A DNA stretch of 64,000 nt. Origin: Deltaproteobacteria bacterium (GTDB lineage Bacteria; Desulfobacterota; Deferrimicrobia; J040). The stretch is from NCBI GenBank assembly GCA_011773515.1, contig WVXK01000023.1:67263-131262 (forward strand). Reading direction: 5' to 3'. How positions within the stretch are numbered: position 1 is the first letter of the stretch; each line of letters starts with the position of its first letter. The position numbers and the translations under genes are program-made. The notes under the pieces were generated by a model. The model had not been told where the DNA came from. It saw only the letters and a program-made list of their open reading frames with translations, and did no database searches. This document shows positions 1-8,713 of the stretch, one piece after another.

Positions 1-911
1 TCCTCTTCATCCATCTTCGTCACTTCCTCTTCCTCCCCACCCGGAGAGACAGGTTCGGGAAGGGGTTTCTCTCCATCATCATTTTCAGCAGCTTCCCGCA
101 CGTATGGGTCAGCATCGCTGAGATCAGCAAAGTCTTCAACCGGGGCCATTCTTTCTTCCCCGGCCTCCATAACAACCTCTCCTTCACCGCTGAGTTCCTG
201 CTGCACCTCCATCTCCAGACCACCCATGACTTCATCGAATTCATATTCCCGGGCCTCTTCATCCCTTTCTTCCTCATCCCCGGCGGCCCTCACTTCATCC
301 AACGGCTTTTCCTCAAAGAATTCTTCTTTTCCCAGCTCATCCTCTCCGATGTCATAGTCCTCAAAGCTCTCCACATCGGGCAAATCAGATTCGGTAATCA
401 GTTCGGTGACAAAGGGCTCCTCCGATGGGCTCTTTTCCACGCCTGCACCATCGAGCTCCACCTCTTCAAACACGTCAGAAAAATCCCACCCTTCCTCGAC
501 GGCTTCCCGTCTTTCTGTTTTTTCCTCTTCTGCAGCCTCCACTTTATCCCTCAACAGCTCCCCCACTTTGTCGAGTAGTTCCTGAGAATCGAAGGGCTTG
601 AAAATAACCCCATCGGCACCGGAACTCCGGAAAAGATCCTCATCGAAGGGCTCGATCGAGCCGGCCAGGAGAATAATCGGTATCGATGACAGGCTCTGTT
701 CCTTCTTTAGTTCCGACACCGCCTCGTACCCATCAACATCAGGAAGGGTCAGGTCACAGATGATGAGTTCCGGATTCAGCTCACGGGCCATGCCTTTCAA
801 GTCTTCTCCCCTATCGATGTAGGTAACCTGGTATCCGCTCCGAAGAAAAGCGAGTTCAAATACTCTTTGTATCGTTAAGCTATCCTCTGCTATGAGAATT
901 TTGGCTTTCAT
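1..911 (-). CDS. CheY-like receiver domain protein with a long D/E-rich C-terminal tail (3' end runs off the window)
   Basis: Revcomp of 841-911 translates MKAKILIAEDSLTIQRVFELAFLRSGYQVTYIDRGEDLKGMAREL (receiver with phospho-accepting Asp context). The frame stays open to position 1 through an E/D-rich tail (..LDEVRAAGDEEERDEEAREYEFDE..). It is absent from the ORF track because it runs off the edge. Confidence 0.75.
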   Translation of the reverse strand, partial: MKAKILIAEDSLTIQRVFELAFLRSGYQVTYIDRGEDLKGMARELNPELIICDLTLPDVDGYEAVSELKKEQSLSSIPIILLAGSIEPFDEDLFRSSGADGVIFKPFDSQELLDKVGELLRDKVEAAEEEKTERREAVEEGWDFSDVFEEVELDGAGVEKSPSEEPFVTELITESDLPDVESFEDYDIGEDELGKEEFFEEKPLDEVRAAGDEEERDEEAREYEFDEVMGGLEMEVQQELSGEGEVVMEAGEERMAPVEDFADLSDADPYVREAAENDDGEKPLPEPVSPGGEEEEVTKMDEE

Positions 912-946
912 TTTTCCCCCGAAATTCATCCTATTTTCGTCTCATT

Positions 947-3109
947 TTATTTTTTTTGAACACCTTTTTCAACCAAAAGGAAATCGACCCTCCCTTTGAG
1001 AGGATCACTCTCTTTTACCACGATGGTCACCCTGTTTCCCACTGAAAAAGTTTTTCCGAAATATCGTCCTTTGAGCGAGAACCCTGCCCCATCCATGAAA
1101 TATATATCATCCGGCAGATCGCCGATATGAACGAGCCCTTCGACAAAAACATCTTCTAAATCGATAAAAAACCCGAAGGGGTGCACCGAAGTGATCAACC
1201 CGTTAAACCGCTCCCCCACTCGACCGACCATATAAAGAGCCTTCAATTTATCGATCACGTCTCTTTCCGCCTGTTCCGATTCCTTCTCCCTTTTTGACAG
1301 GAAATCGGCAATCTGATCAAGATTTCCCGCGATGCTGGCAGGGTAATCTTCGCATGACGTTTCCCCGAGTGCATACTTCAGGACGCGGTGGACCATAAGG
1401 TCCGGATACCTTCTGATAGGGGATGTAAAGTGGGTGTATTTTTCGAACCCAAGACCGAAGTGCCCCTGGTTCACCGGCGAATATCGTGCCAGCTTAAAGC
1501 TTCTCAGCAAAACACGGTTAAATATCTTCCCGTATGTTTTATCTCTTACATAATCGAGCATTTTCTGGATGGAAGCATCATTTACGGTCATTTGGATTGA
1601 GAGATCTCTGTCGAAATTTGAAGAAAATTTAAAAAACTGTTTCATCTTGACGGGATCGGGGCGCTCATGCACCCTGTAGAGGATCTTCAAATTTTTCCCG
1701 TCAAGGTACTCTGCAACCAGCACATTTGCAAGAAGCATAAATTCCTCTATTATCCTGTGCGAAAAAAGACGCTCTTCCTCCACTACCTTTTCGATGTCCC
1801 CGACAAGGGAAATGAGCACCTGGGATTCGGGAAGATCGAAATCCAGTGAGCCCTCCCTGACCCGTTTTCTGTATAGCACCTCTGCGAGCCCCTTCATCAT
1901 AACGAGCATCTCCCCGAGTTCATCGTGAAGGTGGGTTCCTTCCGTGTTGTCCAGAAAGCTCTGCACGTATTCATAGGTGAGTCTTTTCCTGCTCCGGATT
2001 ACCGAGGGATAAAAATCAACGGCCACGACTTCTCCCTGCCTGTTTATTCGAGCATCAACGGTCACTGTCAGCCTGTTGACCTTTTCCCTGAGACTGCACA
2101 AGTCTGAGCTCAATCTCTCGGGCAGCATCGGTATAACCCTGTCGGGAAAGTAGACGCTCACCCCCCGGTTCATTGCTTCCCTGTCAAGGGGTGTATCATA
2201 CTTGACGTATTCGCTCACATCTGCGATCGAAACAAGAAGCCGGAAATTCTCGCCATCCTTTACCAGACACACGGCATCGTCGAAATCGCGGGCGGTAATG
2301 CCGTCGATCGTTACAAAGGGGCAACCGGTGAGGTCGACTCTTCCACGCGTTTTTGAGCGAACACGGGCAGGGAGGGATGAGGTTTGCCGCAGCGCCTTGC
2401 TGTCAAAATCCCTTTCCATCCCGTAAAGATGTATAGTCGACAGGGTAATCGCTTCTACATCGGGAACCTGTCCGATTTTCCTCACGACCCTGACACCCCT
2501 TTTGTGACCCCGTTTGGCCTTTCCCTCAATCACCCCTTCAACCACGTCTCCTTCCCTGACACCCTTTACGGAGGTGGAAAAAACATCGAAGTGGTAGGAG
2601 AACTTCTTGTCCTCAACCTTCAGTACCGGCCCGCCCCTGCCGCGAGAATACCTGCCTACGACCTTTTTCATTCCCCTCTCTATTACCTCTGTTATCCGCC
2701 CTGAAACCCGCGTGGCCATGCGGGCCCTGTCCACCTTCACTTCCACGAGGTCATTGTGAAAGGCATTGCCAATCTTCCCTTTCGGGATAAAGACATCTTT
2801 GTCGAGACCGTCAACGGTCACGAAACCAAAACCGGAAGGGTGCATCTGTAACCTCCCCTCGAAACGCACGGAAGGCGACACTGCTGCAAGCCTCCCCTTT
2901 CCCGCACGCCTCACCTTCCCTTCATCTATCAGCTCAGCAACAAGGGACCCGATTATTTCCGGCGTCAAATGGTCGTCGCCCATAATTTCTGAGAGTTCTT
3001 TCACTGCAAGGGTTTTTCCTTCAACCCGTTTCAAGGCCTGAAAAATCCCCCTCTTCATTCTTTCCCTCGCCGCCCGCCTGCCACTTCTTTTTTTTCTGCT
3101 TCTCCTCAT
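947..3109 (-). CDS. rnr: Ribonuclease R (RNB family 3'-5' exoribonuclease, VacB/RNase II)
   Basis: 720 aa with an N-terminal HTH/cold-shock region, an RNB catalytic core (..DFDDAVCLVKDGENFRLLVSIADVSEYV..) and an S1-like, basic C-terminus. Confidence 0.9.
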   Translation of the reverse strand: MRRSRKKRSGRRAARERMKRGIFQALKRVEGKTLAVKELSEIMGDDHLTPEIIGSLVAELIDEGKVRRAGKGRLAAVSPSVRFEGRLQMHPSGFGFVTVDGLDKDVFIPKGKIGNAFHNDLVEVKVDRARMATRVSGRITEVIERGMKKVVGRYSRGRGGPVLKVEDKKFSYHFDVFSTSVKGVREGDVVEGVIEGKAKRGHKRGVRVVRKIGQVPDVEAITLSTIHLYGMERDFDSKALRQTSSLPARVRSKTRGRVDLTGCPFVTIDGITARDFDDAVCLVKDGENFRLLVSIADVSEYVKYDTPLDREAMNRGVSVYFPDRVIPMLPERLSSDLCSLREKVNRLTVTVDARINRQGEVVAVDFYPSVIRSRKRLTYEYVQSFLDNTEGTHLHDELGEMLVMMKGLAEVLYRKRVREGSLDFDLPESQVLISLVGDIEKVVEEERLFSHRIIEEFMLLANVLVAEYLDGKNLKILYRVHERPDPVKMKQFFKFSSNFDRDLSIQMTVNDASIQKMLDYVRDKTYGKIFNRVLLRSFKLARYSPVNQGHFGLGFEKYTHFTSPIRRYPDLMVHRVLKYALGETSCEDYPASIAGNLDQIADFLSKREKESEQAERDVIDKLKALYMVGRVGERFNGLITSVHPFGFFIDLEDVFVEGLVHIGDLPDDIYFMDGAGFSLKGRYFGKTFSVGNRVTIVVKESDPLKGRVDFLLVEKGVQKK

Positions 3110-3265
3110 TCGATCCTCAGCGTCTGCAAACCTGTCTTTAATGGATGTTTTCTTTTCTCTGGTCCAAATCCACCGCCATCAGTTAAAAAGTCTCCCCTCG
3201 TATCAAAACAAACAAATTGACAATGATGGTCATGCTATTATTATAGATAATCCGGGTTTAATTGT

Positions 3266-3354
3266 GCCGAAGTGGTGGAACTGGCAGACACGCCAGATTC
3301 AGGGTCTGGTGGGGAATTGTCCCCGTGCGGGTTCGAGTCCCGCCTTCGGCACCA
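3266..3354 (+). tRNA. tRNA-Leu(CAG), class II with long variable arm, CCA encoded
   Basis: Acceptor GCCGAAG/CTTCGGC; anticodon stem CCAGA/TCTGG with loop TTCAGGG (anticodon CAG, G37); long variable arm GGGGAATTGTCCCCGT; T-arm GCGGG-TTCGAGT-CCCGC; discriminator A then CCA. Confidence 0.85.
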
Positions 3355-3446
3355 AATTCTTGAAACAGCTTCCGGATAAACAAATCTTGCTTGTGTCTTT
3401 GGCCAAACATTCTGGTTTTTAGCTGGAATGTGGGCGGGGGGACTTT

Positions 3447-3791
3447 TTAATTTTCTGACTTCCTCTTCTCCTCTGCTATCCACTCGCGTATCTGGACGAG
3501 GACCCGGTCGCTCTCTTTCTCGTCCGATATCACGATCAGCTCGACAAGTTTTCTCATCAGGTCGATATACGCGGTGTTGAGTTTTTCCATGTCAATCATT
3601 TTTTTCTTCAGTTCCTCCACTTCCTCTATGAGGCAGGTGGTAATCTCGTCTATGTCATCTATTAGCTCACCCTTCTCAACTTCGGTCATTTCGAGGGCGG
3701 ACTTTCTATATACATACCTGAACTCACCTTCTCTCCTCTTCTTCTCCTTCAGCTTCTTCACAATTTCATCCAGGCGAATGAGATCTGCCAT
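3447..3791 (-). CDS. Hypothetical small charged coiled-coil protein (114-118 aa)
   Basis: ORF 3447..3803. GAGGA lies 6 nt upstream of the second ATG at 3791 (MADLIRLDEIV..). The sequence is K/E-rich with heptad periodicity and no recognisable domain. Confidence 0.5.
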   Translation of the reverse strand: MADLIRLDEIVKKLKEKKRREGEFRYVYRKSALEMTEVEKGELIDDIDEITTCLIEEVEELKKKMIDMEKLNTAYIDLMRKLVELIVISDEKESDRVLVQIREWIAEEKRKSEN

Positions 3792-3882
3792 GCCAGTCCT
3801 CATATTTTTTTTACTATATTAAACGAATAAAAATTAAAATCAACAGTGAATTTTCCGCTGTGAGAAAAGAGGCTGGCCTTTT

Positions 3883-4800
3883 TCACACTTCCCCGTCTAG
3901 TCTTGCAAGGCCCAAACTTCTGGCGAGGCCAACAGCCCTTCTCCATTCTTCGGGGGTTATGCGCCTCGACAAATTTTCATGGCTTCTCGCAAGGTAACAG
4001 GGATAATATTGATCCATAAGGTTAAGATAGGTGTTCGGGCTTATCTCATCTGATATAAATTCGAGCACTTTTTCTGTCCCGGAAAGAAATTCTGGCAGGA
4101 GAAGATGCCTTACCAAGAGTCCCTTCAATGCGATGCCTTCCCTGCTCAGTTTCAGATCCCCTACCTGCCTGTGCATCTCCTTTACCGATTCTCTGGCATG
4201 TGTCGAATAATCTCTGGCACCTGTCAGGTTGAAGGCTATGTCGTCGTCCATGAACTTGAAATCGGGCATGTATATATCGATGATTCCATCGAGCACCCTG
4301 ATCGACTCAACATACTCATAACCGCCGCAATTATAGACAACGGGAAGGGAAAAACCTTTTTCCAGAGCGATTTCAAGAGCATTTATTACCTGGGGAATAA
4401 CGTGTGTGGGCGTTACCAGGTTGAGATTGTGACATCCATAGTTCTGTATCTTCAGGAATATGGAAGCCAGTTCGGACGCGTCCACCGGGGTTCCCCTACC
4501 AAGGTGGGATATGTCGTAATTCTGGCAGAATATACATCCGAGGTTGCAATTGGCAAAAAATACCGTTCCGGACCCATGTCTGCCAACCAGAGGGGACTCT
4601 TCCCCGAAATGGGGACCAAAAGAAGATACAATTGCGCTCTCTCCCGTCCTGCAAAAACCCAGTTCACCCTCCAATCGATTGACGCGGCAATCCCGGGGGC
4701 AGAGGGAGCAACTCGTCAGTCGCTGATAAAGCATCTGTCCCCTCAGGGAAAGTTCATCCTTTCCAAACGACCTGTAGGAAGGATAGTCTTGTTTGCTCAT
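3883..4800 (-). CDS. Radical SAM protein of the PflA/PflX-like activase family
   Basis: CNLGCIFCQN is a Cx3Cx2C radical-SAM motif, preceded by an N-terminal Cys cluster CSLCPRDC..GFCRTG; 305 aa. Confidence 0.7.
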   Translation of the reverse strand: MSKQDYPSYRSFGKDELSLRGQMLYQRLTSCSLCPRDCRVNRLEGELGFCRTGESAIVSSFGPHFGEESPLVGRHGSGTVFFANCNLGCIFCQNYDISHLGRGTPVDASELASIFLKIQNYGCHNLNLVTPTHVIPQVINALEIALEKGFSLPVVYNCGGYEYVESIRVLDGIIDIYMPDFKFMDDDIAFNLTGARDYSTHARESVKEMHRQVGDLKLSREGIALKGLLVRHLLLPEFLSGTEKVLEFISDEISPNTYLNLMDQYYPCYLARSHENLSRRITPEEWRRAVGLARSLGLARLDGEV

Positions 4801-4999
4801 GTCCTGTTTACCAACCTGCTATTGTCTTTGCTCACCGGTTTTTAAGGATCGCGATTGTAAACTGCGCACCCTTCTTAGATTCTCAACTGACATATATCGA
4901 CGCCCCGAATTGTTTGGCTAACTGGCGTGAGTCGGGCAAGCCGAGACCGAGCCTGTAACTTTCCCCCTTCGTTGTAAACCCGGCCTTGAAGATCATCTC

Positions 5000-5608
5000 T
5001 CATAGTTCGGCTCGTACGCCCACCCCCACATCCGAGACGGTTATTTCTATTGTACCATCTGTATCACGGCTGACTGCAAGAGTCTGGCACCCAACCCCAT
5101 CAGCCATCGATTCGGAGGCATTGACCATGACATTGAGCAACATGAGGGCAAAATCTTTCCGCCTGCCGTGCAAGAACAGCTCCTCATCGGGAAGGCCTAT
5201 TTTTAGTCCGACACCATTCTTTCTTAGCTGGTACCCCGCAAATGTTATGATTTCATGTATGGTCTCTTTTATTTCAAACAGTGTATCCTCTTCCTGTCCC
5301 CCGGCAAAACAGGAATGTTTTTTCTTTATCCGGGATATCTTGCCTGTGCATTTAACTATTATTATTAAGTAATTTAAGCCAGCTTAGTTCATCCATTGGA
5401 TTACTTCTTGCGAGCTCGGAATATCCCAGGGCAACACTCAGATTATTTTCAACCTCATGGGAAACACCGGGGATAAACCCGCCGAAGGGATAGAGCCGGC
5501 ACCAGGAGATCAACCTCTGATCTACCTTCATATTCTCCATACCATGGCGACGCTGACAATGCAAAGTAGGAACCGGTTCGTTTGGCAGCTTCTCCCACCC
5601 TATCCCAT
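5000..5608 (-). pseudogene. Histidine kinase remnant (DHp H-box plus HATPase_c), frameshifted and 3'-truncated
   Basis: One frame (ORF 5352..5765) gives the H-box ..GVSHEVENNLSVALGYSELAR.. (compare IAHEVGNPLMAIKGYVAHML in the intact kinase at 32600..34210). After a frame change near 5355-5385 the next frame gives ..LFEIKETIHEI..LHGRRKDFALMLLNVMVNASESMADGVGCQTLAVSRDTDGTIEITVSDVGVGV followed by a stop, i.e. N-box and G1-box but no G2 box/ATP lid. There is no sensor or TM region, and the upstream part overlaps the GGDEF gene end. Confidence 0.45.
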
Positions 5609-6799
5609 TCAAGCATTCGCCAGGATAACCCTGTTTTTCCCCTTTTTTTTGGCGTGGGACATCGCGTCGCTTGCCGCTTTTTTGAGGGAATTCATATCTG
5701 TGCCGTGGTCCGGAAACGAAGCGATCGCGGCACTCACCGTAGCACTTTTCCCCTCGAAATCGCAAGACTCGATACCAGTTCGGAGTCTCTCAGCAATAAC
5801 CCCCGCCTGAACCGATGATGCTTCCGGAAGAATAACCGCAAACCTCCCTCCTTCCATCCGGCAGGGGATATCTATATCATACTTCCGGATGGAATCGCTT
5901 CTCCTGATATTTTTTTTGATCAATTCAGCAACACCGGCAAGGAGGATGTCACCAGCCTCGTAGCCATAGGTATCGTTGAGCTTTTTGAAATCATCGACAT
6001 CGAGAATGAGGAGGGAAAATATTCTTCCATACCTCTTTGCCCTTTGAATCTCGGAGTTGAGACGAATGTCTAAGTGCCAGCCTTTATAGAGTCCGGTTAG
6101 ATGATCGACGATATTCATTTTCCTCATTATCTCTTCTTCTCCTCTCAATTCCCTCATCATGTAATACCCAATCCCCGACACCGACAGGCATACCACCGAA
6201 ACCCATGCCCACTTGATCATCCCGTACTGGAAGTTTTGTTGCAGGAGATTGTTGACAAAAGGCATCTGCACCGAAGGGATAATCCCGGAAAACTCGGCAA
6301 CCAGGAGACACCCGTAAAGGATCGATGCACCGATACCCACCGTCCAGGCATCGTAAATCCTCTCCCCGAGAAATACTGCTTCAACGATGAGGACGAAATA
6401 CATTACCCAGAACCAGGAAACAACCCCTCCGCTGAAATGGACAATGATGGTAACAAAGACGAGGTCAATCATTATCTGGATCAGGTTCAGGTAACGGAAA
6501 TTCATGAACCATCGGTAAGAATAGTGGCAAAAGGCATTATACGCCACGGCAATGATAAACGCGGCAACGGGAACCGCTTTTTCAATTGGCGAGAGTTCAG
6601 ACAGTCCTTCCAGCGTATAGAAAAAGGTCGCATACAAGCCATAGAGAAGCAATATCCCCAGAATGGCCCATCTCGTTTTAATGACGAGAACCACTCTTGT
6701 TCTCGCTTTCTTGATATTATCAATCTCTTCGGTTGATGGGACTTCCGAGGAAATATAGGTGTGCTTATTTCTTTTGGCCTGGGTCAAAGGGATACCCAT
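5609..6799 (-). CDS. Membrane-anchored GGDEF-domain protein with a degenerate active-site motif (EGGRF in place of GG[DE]EF)
   Basis: Multi-TM N-terminal half and a C-terminal GGDEF fold (..LLILDVDDFKKLNDTYGYEAGDILL..RKYDIDIPCRMEGGRFAVILPEAS..). Retranslation of 5830-5900 confirms RMEGGRFAV. Confidence 0.8.
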   Translation of the reverse strand: MGIPLTQAKRNKHTYISSEVPSTEEIDNIKKARTRVVLVIKTRWAILGILLLYGLYATFFYTLEGLSELSPIEKAVPVAAFIIAVAYNAFCHYSYRWFMNFRYLNLIQIMIDLVFVTIIVHFSGGVVSWFWVMYFVLIVEAVFLGERIYDAWTVGIGASILYGCLLVAEFSGIIPSVQMPFVNNLLQQNFQYGMIKWAWVSVVCLSVSGIGYYMMRELRGEEEIMRKMNIVDHLTGLYKGWHLDIRLNSEIQRAKRYGRIFSLLILDVDDFKKLNDTYGYEAGDILLAGVAELIKKNIRRSDSIRKYDIDIPCRMEGGRFAVILPEASSVQAGVIAERLRTGIESCDFEGKSATVSAAIASFPDHGTDMNSLKKAASDAMSHAKKKGKNRVILANA

Positions 6800-6808
6800 C
6801 TTCGCTGA

Positions 6809-8134
6809 TTATATAACTTTCGTCACAATCTCCCCGTATCCCGCGTTCTTCGCAGTGTACATGAGGGAGTCAGCAATATGAACAATATTATTTCTATCCG
6901 ATGAGTCGTGTGTGCAAGAGGCTATGCCGAAACTGGCCGTAACGGTGATGTCTCCCCCCCTGCCGGTGTCGACCTGTAAATTTTTTAGACCCGAACAGAT
7001 TCGCCTGGCTATTTGAAAAGCCGCGTCATGGTCCGTTTCGGGGAGCAGAATAGCAAACTCATCCCCCCCGTAGCGTGCAGCGATATCCGTTTTACGTGTA
7101 TGGGCATTTATAACACCTGCAACCATTTTCAGGATCCTGTCTCCCGTAACGTGGCCGAAATTGTCGTTCACGAGTTTGAAAGCATCTATGTCGAGCATGA
7201 TAAGTGTGAGGTTACGGCGGTACCGTGCCGCCCGTTCGAGTTCATAATCGAGCCGGGAGTGAAACGTTCCATGGTTGTAAAGCAAAGTGAGCGAGTCTCT
7301 CTCCGCCATCATCTTGGCATACTGGTACAGCTCTGTATTCTCGATGGCGATAGATATGGTGCGAACGAGCGTCTTCACCGTTCCGAGAGTTTCTGGATCG
7401 AAAGCATTCTCGTCCTTATGACTGATGTAAAAGACCCCAATCGTCCTGTCCCTTTTTTTGAGAGGAACGGCGATAACCGAACGGATGTCTCTTAAGTGCT
7501 TTCTCATCTGAATCTGTTCCGACGTCTGCTTTATGTCGGGAATATAAAGGGATTCGCCCGTGCTGTAGACCCTGCCCACAATCCCTTCGTTCTTCTTTAT
7601 CACACGATCCTTGAAAATCGCCTCGAGGCCCTTTGAGTAGCTCACCGAAACAAGCCCATCTTTCTCGTCAACAAACAGGAAAATTGCCACCTCCTCGATA
7701 CCGAGGTACCGCTTCATCGATTCAGGGATAGATTCGTACAGGTTTCCGCTCTCGGTGAGCAGGCTTATTGAGGCCAATATTTCGAAAAGAGCGTGTAACT
7801 CTGAAATTTTATACGTCAGGTGTTCTTTCGTTTCCGTTAATTCTTTTGTTATTTTCCCCGCTTCCTCTTTCAGCTTCCTGTTCTCATCGATAACGACATC
7901 TATCTCGTCGATATTCCTTTCAATCTTGAGCAGACTTTCCTCGAGGGCATCTTTTTCACCCTGAGCTTCACGCCCCGTGATATCCTTCCCGTGAATCCTT
8001 CCAATGTGCCCCTTTACCGTTTTCCTGAGACGGGAATACCTGAAATACACATACATCAGCAGTAAGAAGAGAAGCGAGTTCAGTATGAAGATGAAAAGAT
8101 ACATGTTCCCTGCCTGCAACATGATGCGTTTCAC
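6809..8134 (-). CDS. GAF-GGDEF diguanylate cyclase with an intact GGDEF motif
   Basis: N-terminal TM and coiled coil, a GAF-like middle, and ..RYGGDEFAILLPETD.. with an RxxD-like I-site context. Confidence 0.85.
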   Translation of the reverse strand: MKRIMLQAGNMYLFIFILNSLLFLLLMYVYFRYSRLRKTVKGHIGRIHGKDITGREAQGEKDALEESLLKIERNIDEIDVVIDENRKLKEEAGKITKELTETKEHLTYKISELHALFEILASISLLTESGNLYESIPESMKRYLGIEEVAIFLFVDEKDGLVSVSYSKGLEAIFKDRVIKKNEGIVGRVYSTGESLYIPDIKQTSEQIQMRKHLRDIRSVIAVPLKKRDRTIGVFYISHKDENAFDPETLGTVKTLVRTISIAIENTELYQYAKMMAERDSLTLLYNHGTFHSRLDYELERAARYRRNLTLIMLDIDAFKLVNDNFGHVTGDRILKMVAGVINAHTRKTDIAARYGGDEFAILLPETDHDAAFQIARRICSGLKNLQVDTGRGGDITVTASFGIASCTHDSSDRNNIVHIADSLMYTAKNAGYGEIVTKVI

Positions 8135-8310
8135 ATCACCTCATTTATTCACTGAAAGGGAGCCTTTTGTCAATCCGTAATAGAATAATTATAACCTTTG
8201 ACCACGGGTGTCCATTTGATCATCGTCGATGAATTATCGCTTTTATGTATTGACCTCAAACAACTATTTCGAGTATATTTACCCACTGATAAACAAGATC
8301 GGATAGGGCC

Positions 8311-8703
8311 ATGCAGGACACCATACATTCTGCCGAAATGACCACGAGGCTTCTTGCATTCATCATCGACATGATTGTTTACATCGCCATTTTCTATGGG
8401 CTCGGGGGGCTCGGTCATTTCATCGCCATGATTTACATTCTTTTCAGAGACGGACTTTTCAGCGGTCAGAGCATCGGGAAGAAAATTCTGGGCCTAAAAG
8501 TCTCCCATGTCGATGGACGCAAAATAGGCTTCGTCGATTCCTCATTCCGAAATATCCTCTTCATCTTCTATTTTCTCGTGCCGGTTGCAATCATCGTGGA
8601 GGGGATGTTTGCCATAATGCATCCCAACAGGCAGAGACTCGGCGACCGGATCGCGGGAACGGTAGTCACAAAAAGGGAAGAGGAAATTCAAGCAGTCGCC
8701 TGA
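8311..8703 (+). CDS. RDD family membrane protein
   Basis: 130 aa; two TM helices flanking ..RDGLFSGQSIGKKILGLKV..RQRLGDRIAGTVV.., typical of the RDD domain. Confidence 0.7.
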   Translation: MQDTIHSAEMTTRLLAFIIDMIVYIAIFYGLGGLGHFIAMIYILFRDGLFSGQSIGKKILGLKVSHVDGRKIGFVDSSFRNILFIFYFLVPVAIIVEGMFAIMHPNRQRLGDRIAGTVVTKREEEIQAVA

Positions 8704-8713
8704 CTGCATTCCA

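Noticed and set aside
3266-3354. Possible tRNA-Sec(UCA) reading of the tRNA anticodon loop
   Set aside because: Shifting the anticodon stem by one position gave anticodon TCA, but that register needs a G-U pair and a non-canonical loop. The register with a perfect 5-bp stem CCAGA/TCTGG gives loop TTCAGGG (CAG, G37), and the class II variable arm matches tRNA-Leu rather than the 8-bp acceptor of tRNA-Sec.
4105-4845. Plus-strand 246-aa ORF
   Set aside because: Entirely antisense to the radical SAM gene, whose CxxxCxxC motif confirms the minus frame.
4986-5372. Plus-strand 128-aa Ser-rich ORF (TTG start)
   Set aside because: Low-complexity and antisense to the recognisable histidine-kinase HATPase fragment on the minus strand. 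No motif and no RBS.
6101-6736. Plus-strand 211-aa ORF
   Set aside because: Antisense to the membrane GGDEF gene. His/Pro-rich junk translation.
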